A stretch of 64,000 nucleotides of DNA from a virus (IMGVR_UViG_3300027896_000017:52768-116767), one strand, 5' to 3'. Counted from the stretch's first letter, positions 20,001 to 28,603 are shown. Translations and numbers: made by a program. Notes: generated by a model from the sequence alone, not told the origin.

Positions 20001-20387
20001 ATAGATATTAATCAACTCATTTACGATGATGATTTTACTGAAAAACATATACAACAAATGTTTTATGACTATTTGGAGCGAGTGCAAACAAAAGATTTAT
20101 ATATTCCCGATGTTAATAATGTTAAATTGCAGAGTATAGGACTTAAGATATATGAAAGTACCCCTAAACTTATCAATCTGCTTGTATCAAAAAATTGTTT
20201 TACCAGATCCAAAAAGGGTACTTATAGAAAAACTAAACAATTCAACATATGGTTATTAAAAAGATTGGAGTTAGGTAATGAAGCCCCTACATCCAATATA
20301 CTTGAGTGTGTCAAAAATCAACAAAACTCTATTATCATTGAGGCTACAGAGAGATTTGGACGACCTGGTAGGCAAAATTCGATCTAA
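17001..20387 (+). CDS. DnaG-type primase fused to an MCM-like AAA+ helicase (1128 aa)
   Basis: Zn finger (HCW..H..WHCFSCG), TOPRIM (GEPDC, CLDADDSG), Walker A GDTRTCKT, Walker B IIIDE, MCM-type arginine finger SRFD. Confidence 0.85.
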   Translation: MGDKYKVKKDDLRALFSTADMLMENRYHGLYEKFGWKKGSNGNYHCWNVGAHSKGADLHASLSVDNRTGLWHCFSCGIKGNFQSYWKEYLKGRHGDSYTDFIIDFLGLQNKINFSKELSDPDYEKNSKQICELFDRLQTERVKERGKPMMLSSSLTEIIKETTSLPMSELNEMVDRLLKDTEALNYLHETRRITPEVIKKYKLGLTDKGKFIFPQIGADGSLINLKAYDPRNPNTDFKWSYPHRGLGYGPMPINNFTHQKIYFFAGEPDCYCALAMGIDGAVTLGSEAMTDVDKIFGEDKAKQLFYGKETVVCLDADDSGMIASKKLADSLYKYVKQVKIINFNISEINPNGLDPNKMIKISKDGKEKMKRAEKDFTEFMVKNGFGKEAIDMFYALEKETIVYTQNTDRTSREIFKVTLQESRMPKYYSFDGSKVIRLVASVGDFDGRAILYPKEIGVKCGAMCNPDNVTTMCRYCKLPTLSGFNKASSQTLHIERELPKEFENDPTYIKATEHDILGLVEVTENQKLQQIKKLCQINDHCKSAIIQDLAHEKLLHVRLVKDINEFGDPTDSAGQTFTAIDMDAYMVEKDIYPNRSYEFEAVLTTSWNGQQSVLFCHKAEPIATCIDTFKMDQQNYEILQVFKPKPNETIKQHLKRRYDIFANACGVTERREMFFVEDLVFFSPLQINNKKLLPGITRGWVEALIIGDTRTCKTLITKWLRNHYKMGDMVTGSTAVTRSGLLGGIRTGLNRPMVSWGKIPMNDGGLIIIDELSNVDIKTLIDLTGCRSEGIASIDGIASGKVLARTRKIMLSNPRAMRSENEKNPPYGIIGVKDFCVKDEVLSRFDIVLIVRESDVPAASYVSSYEQINTEFNELQCQTLIRWIYSRKPDQYVFEEGFEEAIDKYMKKMLIKYHESTQLVNQEMRAKLMRMSMALAGGLASMPEDDWDKIYTKIEHLDYIVEFLDQIYCHPNMQMDHYSKMKRASEKLGDMAFMNNICKYIDINQLIYDDDFTEKHIQQMFYDYLERVQTKDLYIPDVNNVKLQSIGLKIYESTPKLINLLVSKNCFTRSKKGTYRKTKQFNIWLLKRLELGNEAPTSNILECVKNQQNSIIIEATERFGRPGRQNSI

Positions 20388-20958
20388 AGAAGAAGTTGAT
20401 ACGTATAATTGGAAATATAAACAATTAAAATCCGTATTGGATTTTTATATTGAAGAAAAGTATTGTAAGATTTATAAAAATGAATTGATGCAATGGGAAG
20501 AATTAAATTCGGCAGTGTATTATGTTGAACAAACTAAGGAAAAAATGTTGAAAGCAAAGATACTGTCAACACCTGGAATGAAAGACTATCTAGTGGTACA
20601 TTCGGTATTTAAGACAAATGATTTTAAAAGTACCGATTGGTTTATTAAAGAAATGTTACAAATTCTTGTAATTACCGATGAAGATGTTCTAAGGCTTCAT
20701 AAATTACAATATGTACCACCAGAATTATTAAATAAATTATCAATGTTTGATCCTGAACCTATAGGATTAAGAGTTGATAATGTAAGAGTAGAATATACGC
20801 ATGGGTTTAAAAATAGTATTGATTTAATTGAGACGGATTGGGAAGAAATAAAGGCCAATACCGTTAATGTTCAAGAAGTGTTGAGTAAATATAAGCCAAT
20901 TGATGCGGGGACCAGATCTGTAATAGACAATTCGTTTTATGATGGCATCCCGTTTTAA
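20278..20958 (+). CDS. Hypothetical replication-module protein (226 aa)
   Basis: Overlaps helicase end by 110 nt; C-terminus FYDGIPF. Confidence 0.65.
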   Translation: MKPLHPIYLSVSKINKTLLSLRLQRDLDDLVGKIRSKEEVDTYNWKYKQLKSVLDFYIEEKYCKIYKNELMQWEELNSAVYYVEQTKEKMLKAKILSTPGMKDYLVVHSVFKTNDFKSTDWFIKEMLQILVITDEDVLRLHKLQYVPPELLNKLSMFDPEPIGLRVDNVRVEYTHGFKNSIDLIETDWEEIKANTVNVQEVLSKYKPIDAGTRSVIDNSFYDGIPF

Positions 20959-20961
20959 TTA

Positions 20962-20995
20962 GTTATTATTAACGAACATTTGTAATAACTATAAT
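20962..20995 (+). promoter_or_regulatory. Phage promoter motif, copy 4
   Basis: gttattattaacgaacatttgtaataactataat. Confidence 0.7.
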
Positions 20996-21026
20996 AGAGT
21001 AATTAACCTTAACTTATGGAGGAACC

Positions 21027-21752
21027 ATGAGTGATTTAAGTCAGTTTTTTTCAGAAGTCAGCCAGGAAGAAAAGAAGAGATTGCAAAGCGGAGCCGATAA
21101 TGCAAGATCTGAAATGGGCGCAGTTGCTATAGCTTATCCTGGGAAATATGTGTGTGAAATTCCGGCATTTTCATACAAAGAAAGAGACACCAATAAAACC
21201 GTATGTTTTCCTGATATTTTCATATCTCCCAAGAAGGGTAGCTTAAATTTAGTTCTTAGTTTTAAAGTTGTTGATGGGACCGATAAGGTTCCTAAAGGTG
21301 CATCTATATTTATGAATATCGTATTGGTCCCTAAAGATAAAAGTCAAGAAAATATTGATAAAATTCTAATGTATACCAAGCCGCGTTTGATGATTCTAAC
21401 TGGAACCACCCATCTTGATATGACGCAGGAGTGGTTTGAGGAATGGTTGATGCCTAAATTCGAATGGAAGAATGATCAATTCGTTTTAATAAAAGATCAT
21501 AAAATGAAGCAAAGAGTGTTGGTCACTGTAGACGAAAAGCAGGGCACTGATGATAAAATAAGATTGTCAGTTGTAGATATTGCTGTCGCTACGCCATCTG
21601 AAAAAAGCGTATCGTTTGATATGAAAAATGCAAACGCCACAATTGATCCCGCTTTGAATATGAATGTTTCTGATAGAAATATTTCATATGAAGAGGCGCA
21701 AAATAGTGGTGTAGTAGCGGCACCCAACATTCCTGATATGGAAGCTTTCTAA
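21027..21752 (+). CDS. Possible single-stranded DNA-binding protein (241 aa)
   Basis: GGAGGA RBS; beta-rich core, acidic tail ending in F; replication context. Function inferred. Confidence 0.4.
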   Translation: MSDLSQFFSEVSQEEKKRLQSGADNARSEMGAVAIAYPGKYVCEIPAFSYKERDTNKTVCFPDIFISPKKGSLNLVLSFKVVDGTDKVPKGASIFMNIVLVPKDKSQENIDKILMYTKPRLMILTGTTHLDMTQEWFEEWLMPKFEWKNDQFVLIKDHKMKQRVLVTVDEKQGTDDKIRLSVVDIAVATPSEKSVSFDMKNANATIDPALNMNVSDRNISYEEAQNSGVVAAPNIPDMEAF

Positions 21753-21813
21753 ATCTTTATGGCTGGTTTATTTTTTTATAATAAACCAGCTAATCTTTTT
21801 TTACGGAGGAACT

Positions 21814-22902
21814 ATGATTAAGGGACTTACTCATTCTGAAGATGGAGTAATGAACAAGGTTACTAAATACAAAGGTAAAATATCGACTGGGTACGCCCCT
21901 AATGAAGGGCCTAATAAGGAAAATCATCCGGTTCCAGCGGGCTTCTTTAGAATATTAAAAGAAGTTATAAAAAACCAAAGAATAGGCATGACTCAACAAA
22001 TAGTTGCAGTTAAAGATTGGGTTTTAAATGAGTCTGTTCAAAAAATGTTAGAACAAAGCTGCAACAATAATCCTCTGCCAAGAAGAATAGAAGTGGTTTG
22101 TTTATATAAAGATTTTACTGAAATGTGGGAAAGTTCATTATGTATGTATTCTGGGACTGAAGGACTTTTATGTAAAAGTCATGGTATAGGAACTTTGGCA
22201 AAATATTTAACAATTAATGGCAACGATCGAACATGGCAGCAGAAAAATTGTTTATATGAAAATTGTCCGGAATTCAAAGCTGGAAAATGCAAACCTATGG
22301 GATTGATGAAATGTTTTCCAATTATTGATATGTCTCCAAATCCATATCGATTTGAAACTAGAAGCATTAATACCATTATAGGTATCGAATCATCATTTTA
22401 TGATTTGATGACATTAATGCGAGCTGCTCATATGGTAAAACAAATAGAGGCCGGTCGTGAACTTCCATTTGATGGATTGTTTGGGGCTAAGGTTTTTTTA
22501 ATACAAAGAAAAGTTAAATCTGGTGGAAAAAATGTATTTATTACTGATATGGAACCAACCCCAGATTTTTCAACTTCTATTATGGAACCTATTAAAAGAG
22601 GATTGGCAGCTAAAGCAAAACAATCCAGAATGATAGGCGAGGCTGGATCTGTTTCGCTACTTGGTGATGCCAGTGACAGATTACTTGAAGCGTCACGACT
22701 GGCTTTAACAGATGCTACTGAAGCGGAAACTGTCCCATTAGATATAGACTCTCAACGCGAAATTGCTATCAATTTTGGATCCAATGCAGATGAGGAGTCT
22801 ACCACTCAATCTATTATTATAGAAAAAAATATTATTCCAGAAGATTTAAGTAAAAAGGCTGCTGAAACATTATTGTCTCCTTCAGCATCGCCGGATAAAT
22901 AA
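21814..22902 (+). CDS. Gp3-like / recombination directionality factor-like protein (362 aa)
   Basis: GKISTG, LLCKSHG, C..CP....CKP.G.M and YRFETRSINT pattern. Confidence 0.55.
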   Translation: MIKGLTHSEDGVMNKVTKYKGKISTGYAPNEGPNKENHPVPAGFFRILKEVIKNQRIGMTQQIVAVKDWVLNESVQKMLEQSCNNNPLPRRIEVVCLYKDFTEMWESSLCMYSGTEGLLCKSHGIGTLAKYLTINGNDRTWQQKNCLYENCPEFKAGKCKPMGLMKCFPIIDMSPNPYRFETRSINTIIGIESSFYDLMTLMRAAHMVKQIEAGRELPFDGLFGAKVFLIQRKVKSGGKNVFITDMEPTPDFSTSIMEPIKRGLAAKAKQSRMIGEAGSVSLLGDASDRLLEASRLALTDATEAETVPLDIDSQREIAINFGSNADEESTTQSIIIEKNIIPEDLSKKAAETLLSPSASPDK

Positions 22903-22906
22903 TAAA

Positions 22907-23462
22907 TTTTGCATAAGATGTTTTTTTTGTTCAACGTTTCGTTGGATAGTGAAAGTATAATCGATCGTCACGACTGGGACGCATCTAATAAAGTTAAATC
23001 GACACCTCATCTAAGACGCTGCCTGCAGCTTTCTTATCTGAGGGTACGATTTAATTTTATTAGATGCTATCGTGACTAGCTGTATTCGGGAGGATGGCCA
23101 TTGCACACGTTATATTTTTTAGCTCGAAATCAATCGCAAAGCCCCGTCATAGTTCTAAACTGGCTTTCGACAACGTTAGGACCTCTTCAGAGGTAATCTC
23201 ATACATAGTGATCTATGTATGAGATTCCTCCGAAAGGTCCAAACGTTAGTCGTCGCCGGTATTAGAACATGACAAGCTTTGCGATTGATTTCAGTGCTGC
23301 AAAATATAACTAACGGCTCGCACTCACTAATAATCTGAATCCGATCGATCAATCGAATGTGATCTTCGACATGATCGAACAGCTTCAGATTATTCTGGGT
23401 TCGTGTCGAGCCTTGCAACTGAGCCATCCTCCAGTCATTTAATCAATCTTAGTTATGCAAAA
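22907..23462 (+). ncRNA. Structured element A (retron msr-msd-like layout)
   Basis: Ends ttttgcataa/ttatgcaaaa pair; hairpin ttcaacg-ttt-cgttgga (22930-22946); helices 22981-23001/23047-23067 (21 bp), 23126-23142/23276-23292 (17 bp), 23195-23226 (14-bp hairpin). Confidence 0.75.
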
Positions 23463-23494
23463 AAAAATAAATTTATTAAAAAGGGAATATAATT

Positions 23495-23761
23495 ATGCCA
23501 AAAAAAACATTAAGCAGAGATTTCATGAAACCAGTTAAACCCGACAATCATTTAGCTCAAATAGTTGGAAATGGACTTTTAACCAGGCCGCAGATAACGC
23601 AAAAAATCTGGAATTATATTAAATTACATAATTTACAGAAAATATCTGATGGCAGGATAATAAAACCAGACCGCAAATTAAAACCAATTTTTAACAACAA
23701 AGCTACTGTTAGTATATTTAATATGTCGAATCTTATTAGAAATCATTTTGAAATTATTTAA
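23495..23761 (+). CDS. SWIB/MDM2 domain protein (88 aa)
   Basis: LAQIVG...TRPQITQKIWNYIKLHNLQ...I.PD.KLKPIF signature. Confidence 0.9.
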   Translation: MPKKTLSRDFMKPVKPDNHLAQIVGNGLLTRPQITQKIWNYIKLHNLQKISDGRIIKPDRKLKPIFNNKATVSIFNMSNLIRNHFEII

Positions 23762-23916
23762 CATTAGAAGTATTGGGCGTTGTTTCGACGCTTGCGCTTA
23801 TATAATAAGTAGACGACATTGAAAATCATGTTTCTCACGTTTAATTGCTCACGAGTACGTGGCAATTAAACTCTAGAAACATATTTTTCAATGAGCGTGT
23901 CGATTTTTAGTAATGT
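23761..23916 (+). ncRNA. Structured element B (retron msr-msd-like layout)
   Basis: Ends acatta/taatgt; hairpin gggcgttg-ttt-cgacgctt (23775-23793); second small hairpin; ~77-nt hairpin 23817-23893. Confidence 0.65.
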
Positions 23917-23922
23917 CAAAAA

Positions 23923-24072
23923 AAAGCAATATAGTTAAAAGTGCTAGATGTTTCGTCTAGTATGATTTTCTCTAAAAAAAATATAGGGAAAACCCCAATA
24001 GGCTCATCCAAACCCGTGCGGATTTGGATTCGCCCCTTAATTTTACACATTCAATATTAAGTATATTGCTTT
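23923..24072 (+). ncRNA. Structured element C (retron msr-msd-like layout)
   Basis: Ends aaagcaatata/tatattgcttt; hairpin gtgctagatg-ttt-cgtctagtat (23941-23963); two further hairpins. Confidence 0.65.
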
Positions 24073-24092
24073 AATTAGATGAAAGGAACACA

Positions 24093-24446
24093 ATGCCGAC
24101 ATTTAATGCAAAAGTTTTATGTCACGCAGTAGTTAAAGTTAATGATGGAGTAGATCCTATTGAATTTATTAAAAATAACAATGAATATATCGTTGAACCG
24201 AAAAATGCGGATGGTTGCATTGTTGCATTTAAACCAAAAGAAGTTAATATTTTAAAAAGAGGTGAACTAACAGATGATAAACTATCTGATAAATTAGATC
24301 AATTTATCCATTTCTCATTTAGGGGTTCTTTAATTTGCGTTGATACTATTAATAGAACCGTAATTAGTTCTGGAAAAGCCAAGCCTGAAGAAATGACAGG
24401 ACCTAAAGAAAAGGGTTATTGGCCATTAAATGTAGAAACATCTTAA
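24093..24446 (+). CDS. Hypothetical protein (117 aa)
   Basis: AAGGA RBS; lies between elements C and D. Confidence 0.7.
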   Translation: MPTFNAKVLCHAVVKVNDGVDPIEFIKNNNEYIVEPKNADGCIVAFKPKEVNILKRGELTDDKLSDKLDQFIHFSFRGSLICVDTINRTVISSGKAKPEEMTGPKEKGYWPLNVETS

Positions 24447-24452
24447 ATAAAG

Positions 24453-25031
24453 AAAAAGATTAATACAAGATTGTTTTGGTCAACGCTTCGTTGACTAGAT
24501 AAATAATATAAACAATAGTTTAGACTCTCACGACCACTACCGGCGACCGCTCCTTGCATCAAAGGGCGTCACAAAATATTAATTGAACGTATTCACCAAC
24601 GCTACGATGCTCCACGATCTACGTGTATGTCAGGTAAACCTGAAATACACTACGACTCGTTGCGCATCTACGCTCTCGATAGCCATTGAATATATCATCT
24701 TCTTGCGCTCATACGCTTACGCGATGGCTTAGAAGATGATACGAGCCTCGGTTTCATATCACTAAAGTTATATGAAACCTCGGTATGTCAAATGGCTATC
24801 ATCGGGGTTCTACGTTCTCACCTGCACAGCCTTCAGTATCCTATCTCATAGCATAGCAATCCTCCACCTCTAAGAGGTGTTTGATTGCCATGCTTACACA
24901 TTCGATAGGTCTTCCGGCTGTGTCGTGAACATTAATATTAAGTGGCGCTTTGAGACCTTTGATGCAAGACGCTTCCGCCGTACGTGGTCGTTCAAGTTAA
25001 ACTATATCAAAATTAGTTGTATTATCTTTTT
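24453..25031 (+). ncRNA. Structured element D (retron msr-msd-like layout)
   Basis: Ends aaaaagattaatacaa/ttgtattatcttttt; hairpin gtcaacg-ctt-cgttgac (24479-24495); long basal stem (acgaccac/gtggtcgt, cttgcatcaaagg/cctttgatgcaag) and three arms. Confidence 0.75.
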
Positions 25032-25055
25032 TAATTCATATTCAAAGGGGATGTA

Positions 25056-25550
25056 ATGCATACATTATTTTATATTATATTATTATTCTTTTTTATAATT
25101 GGGTGCGTTGGTACTATTTTTATTCAAATAAAGATGTTGTTAAAAAAAGATAAATTTATATCAATGAGAGATAATGAAATTATTGACCTTAGAAAAGGTA
25201 TAGATAAATTAGAAGAAAATATAGCTCAAAAAGAAACCTCAATTTTAACTCTTTATCAAAAAATAGAACAAGAATCTAAAAGAAAAAATGAATTACATAC
25301 CAGGGTAGTTGAGTTGGAAGACGGCATTAAAAACGGCGTTGGTATAACATTAAGAAATGAAATCACTACCGTTAAGAGTGAATTTACTGATGTTGAACTG
25401 ACTATTATGTCAAATGGAGTATACGAATTGATCCCTCATATTAGTAGAAATTTATCAGATTTTAAATTCTATATTTTATTAATTGAAAAGATTCAAAATA
25501 TTGTCAAAAAAATGGATGAGTCCAAAAACCAAAATACGAAAGGTGTTTAA
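25056..25550 (+). CDS. Membrane-anchored coiled-coil protein (164 aa)
   Basis: Hydrophobic N-terminus followed by a heptad-like region. Confidence 0.7.
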   Translation: MHTLFYIILLFFFIIGCVGTIFIQIKMLLKKDKFISMRDNEIIDLRKGIDKLEENIAQKETSILTLYQKIEQESKRKNELHTRVVELEDGIKNGVGITLRNEITTVKSEFTDVELTIMSNGVYELIPHISRNLSDFKFYILLIEKIQNIVKKMDESKNQNTKGV

Positions 25551-27686
25551 ATGGATGTCGTATACGGATTGGTCGGCGTTGATTGTGAAACTACTGGACT
25601 TAATTATCAAAAAGATGAAATATTAGAAGTTACAGCCATTGAATTTAATGAATATGGACAAATTGGTAAAACCATATCTCAATTGTGTAAGCCAATGAGC
25701 GGATATATATCTCCTGAAGTTTCAAAAATAAATGGCATTACTTATGATATGGTAAGGGAATGTCCCAATTATTTAACTGACGGTATAAGAGATAAAATAT
25801 CTGAATTTATAGGGTCAAGAACCGTGGTCGGGCATAATGTTATAGAGTTTGATTCTAAATTTATGAGAATAAATTTTAAAAAAGCTTATGATACTCTTTT
25901 AATGTGCAGATCAAAATTTAGTGGTGGAAACAAATTAAAAACAGCTTGTTTAAGGGTAAATATTAAATGGGATGATAAAGAATCCCATCGTTCAGAATAC
26001 GATGTTAAAAAATGTATAGAATTATATTGTAAATTAAGGGAAATGGAAGAAAAGGAAAAAGCCAAAAAATCCGCTACCCCTTTATTTGCTATACCGGCCG
26101 AAGTGCAGGCCGTTTATAATAACAATCAAGAAATAATAAAAGAAACTATCGATTTGGATTCTTTAAATGATGTAAAAGTCGGCGTTATTTTAAATGAATC
26201 TGATAAAAAATTATTTGCTACTCAAACATATTCTTATTCGAGATTAAATCTGTTTAATCAATGCGCATTTAAATGGTATATGCAATATATAAAAGGATTC
26301 ATAGAGCCTGAGCATGATTATTTTGTTACTGGCAAAATATGTCATAAAGTGGCGGAATGGACTGGTGAATGGTGCTATAAAGAAACTTTTAAAAATAAAA
26401 TGGAAATATTTTTAACTCAACGTAAAATCAATTTTCAAGATGTTGTTTTACTTGAAGCGCTAGCCAAATTATATAATAAAAAAAATAAGGATATTACAGT
26501 CAGAGATTTTGCTGAATATGTAGCTAAAACACCTGGCGTGGTACCGACGTATTTTCCTGATATGAAAAATATAGGAGAATTAATTTATACAATCGATAAA
26601 TCAATACCGGAAAACTCCTATGAAAGACTATCCATGCCGGATTTGTATACTTATAATAAAATAATAGAAAATGCTATTAATTACTATAAATGCACTAATC
26701 CGGAAATAATCAATGAATGTAAAAGAATAATGTCAAGATTTTATACTTTAAAAGATTTTTCATTAACACCAGGGGATTTAACTTTAACTGAAAAAAAATT
26801 AGTATTTGATAAAGAATGGAAACCATTAAAAGATTTTTATGCTAATAATGCCTTTTTCAGAGGCGTAATCGATGTGCTCAGTTATTTTGGGGAGTATGTC
26901 ATTATAACGGATTATAAAACTTCTAGAAAAACCATGAATATTGAACAGTTAAAAGAAGATAGACAAACAATGACTTATGTTCTTTTAACTTATATGTTTT
27001 TGCCGCGAGGGAGTTTTAAAAAGATTATTGTAAGAATTGAATATATTAGATTTGGTGAAACTGTAGAATATGAAATAAATAATCCACAAGAAGTCGTGGA
27101 CAGGGCATTACAATGGATTAACGATTCAATACAATCCATTGAAAAAGAGATGCTTAAAACTGACGGTACGGCTTTTATGCCTAAACGAAATGAATATTGT
27201 CATACCTGTTATCTTGGGGAAGATGGGAAGTGTCCATTATTTAATAAACAGATTGCAGGAAAATTAAATGACCCTTTTTCATGTTCAGTTTCAACAATAG
27301 ATGAATGCAAAGCCGCGTGGAAACGTATAGAAACCAATAAGGCTGAATCTTCACGTTTAACGAAGCTTTGTAAAACTTTTGTTGAACAATGTGAAAATCC
27401 AATTAAAATAGATGACAATGCTTTGTTGGATTTTTATGCTGCAAAATATCGAGAATATGATGTTGAAAAAACCCTTAATTGGCTGCTTGGGGATAAAAAA
27501 ATAGATATAACGAAAATTATTAAATATATCGGCATATCCGGAGCTGAAATTAAAAAACTTATGGAAGATGAAAGAATAGATATAACCCCAGAAGAATTGA
27601 ATAACATTTCTAAAGTTAAACAAAAAATGATATTTGATGCGCTAGTTCCTGAAGAGATTAAAAGAAACGACATTAAAAAAGCATAG
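25551..27686 (+). CDS. DnaQ-like DEDDh exonuclease fused to a PD-(D/E)XK (Cas4/AddB-like) nuclease (711 aa)
   Basis: DCETTG, GHNVIEFD, HRSEYD; then SYSRL..F.QC, RGVID, DYKTS, CHTC......CP. Confidence 0.85.
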   Translation: MDVVYGLVGVDCETTGLNYQKDEILEVTAIEFNEYGQIGKTISQLCKPMSGYISPEVSKINGITYDMVRECPNYLTDGIRDKISEFIGSRTVVGHNVIEFDSKFMRINFKKAYDTLLMCRSKFSGGNKLKTACLRVNIKWDDKESHRSEYDVKKCIELYCKLREMEEKEKAKKSATPLFAIPAEVQAVYNNNQEIIKETIDLDSLNDVKVGVILNESDKKLFATQTYSYSRLNLFNQCAFKWYMQYIKGFIEPEHDYFVTGKICHKVAEWTGEWCYKETFKNKMEIFLTQRKINFQDVVLLEALAKLYNKKNKDITVRDFAEYVAKTPGVVPTYFPDMKNIGELIYTIDKSIPENSYERLSMPDLYTYNKIIENAINYYKCTNPEIINECKRIMSRFYTLKDFSLTPGDLTLTEKKLVFDKEWKPLKDFYANNAFFRGVIDVLSYFGEYVIITDYKTSRKTMNIEQLKEDRQTMTYVLLTYMFLPRGSFKKIIVRIEYIRFGETVEYEINNPQEVVDRALQWINDSIQSIEKEMLKTDGTAFMPKRNEYCHTCYLGEDGKCPLFNKQIAGKLNDPFSCSVSTIDECKAAWKRIETNKAESSRLTKLCKTFVEQCENPIKIDDNALLDFYAAKYREYDVEKTLNWLLGDKKIDITKIIKYIGISGAEIKKLMEDERIDITPEELNNISKVKQKMIFDALVPEEIKRNDIKKA

Positions 27687-27858
27687 TTTCTTTGACATTA
27701 CCGCCCCGAGGCGCGTGTCGCTATAGAGGGAAATTATGTGATTAAATGTGGGGTTACATATTCATTATATCTATATACTGTATTATTGATGGAAGTATTA
27801 CATGCATAATAATAGATTTAAAAAAGCGACAAAAATTTAAAGAAAAATCTAAAAATAA

Positions 27859-27890
27859 AGGGGATCAATAATGATCCCCAATTTTTATTT
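27859..27890 (+). terminator. Possible terminator hairpin
   Basis: ggggatca-ataa-tgatcccc followed by AT-rich tract. Confidence 0.5.
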
Positions 27891-27910
27891 AACAAAGGAT
27901 ATGTAAGATC

Positions 27911-28603
27911 ATGGATAGTATCATTATTCCGCCCAACAGATTTTATATAGAAAATGATATTGCAACGGAATTAATTAAAAAATATAATATACAATATTTG
28001 CGTTTTGTTTATATTCGCGATATAGACGGGAGAATAGTTTTAATAGCTAAAAAATTAAATAATAATGAAATTCCATCAAATAGGTCATGGATGAAAATAA
28101 AAGGCAGATCTCACTTTCATACATTTACGCCTAAGGTGTTAAAACCATATATTGGAAAAAATATTAATTTATATTATGAAAATATATTTCCAGAACCAAA
28201 TGAAATCTTTAGAATAAAACCAATAGATTTTATATTTAATTTTAGAACTCAAATATATAATAAAGAAACTCCATATTTTACAGCCAATAGCCAGATGGTG
28301 ATTCCTAAAATATTTATTAAGAATTATATAGGTAAAAATATTTCTCATGATAAAATATGTTTTGATAATACAACCACGGAAAATATTAAATCTGGAAATT
28401 TGATTGTTCTTATTAAAGACCAATCAATACAAGATTTGGCTTATAATTTAGATGATTTTATATGTTTTGTAAGATCCGCTAAATTAACTAAAATGATGGA
28501 TATAATAAAATCTTTTAATAAAATACTTATAAATTTTCAATATTCGTATTTTGTTAAAGAATGTAATGCTATTGTTTTTAAGGAGGATATTAATGCAGAA
28601 TAA
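27911..28603 (+). CDS. Hypothetical protein (230 aa)
   Basis: ORF in operon orientation. Confidence 0.65.
   Translation: MDSIIIPPNRFYIENDIATELIKKYNIQYLRFVYIRDIDGRIVLIAKKLNNNEIPSNRSWMKIKGRSHFHTFTPKVLKPYIGKNINLYYENIFPEPNEIFRIKPIDFIFNFRTQIYNKETPYFTANSQMVIPKIFIKNYIGKNISHDKICFDNTTTENIKSGNLIVLIKDQSIQDLAYNLDDFICFVRSAKLTKMMDIIKSFNKILINFQYSYFVKECNAIVFKEDINAE

Noticed and set aside
23176-23427. 83-aa minus-strand ORF inside element A
   Set aside because: Antisense to the operon, no recognisable domain, and explained by the higher GC of the structured element
22907-25031. CRISPR array, MITEs or group I/II introns
   Set aside because: No direct repeats with spacers, no shared terminal sequence or target-site duplication, no interrupted gene, and no intron core or domain V that I could recognise
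25551-27686. Cas4 as evidence of a CRISPR-Cas system
   Set aside because: No other cas genes or array; such nucleases are common in phages
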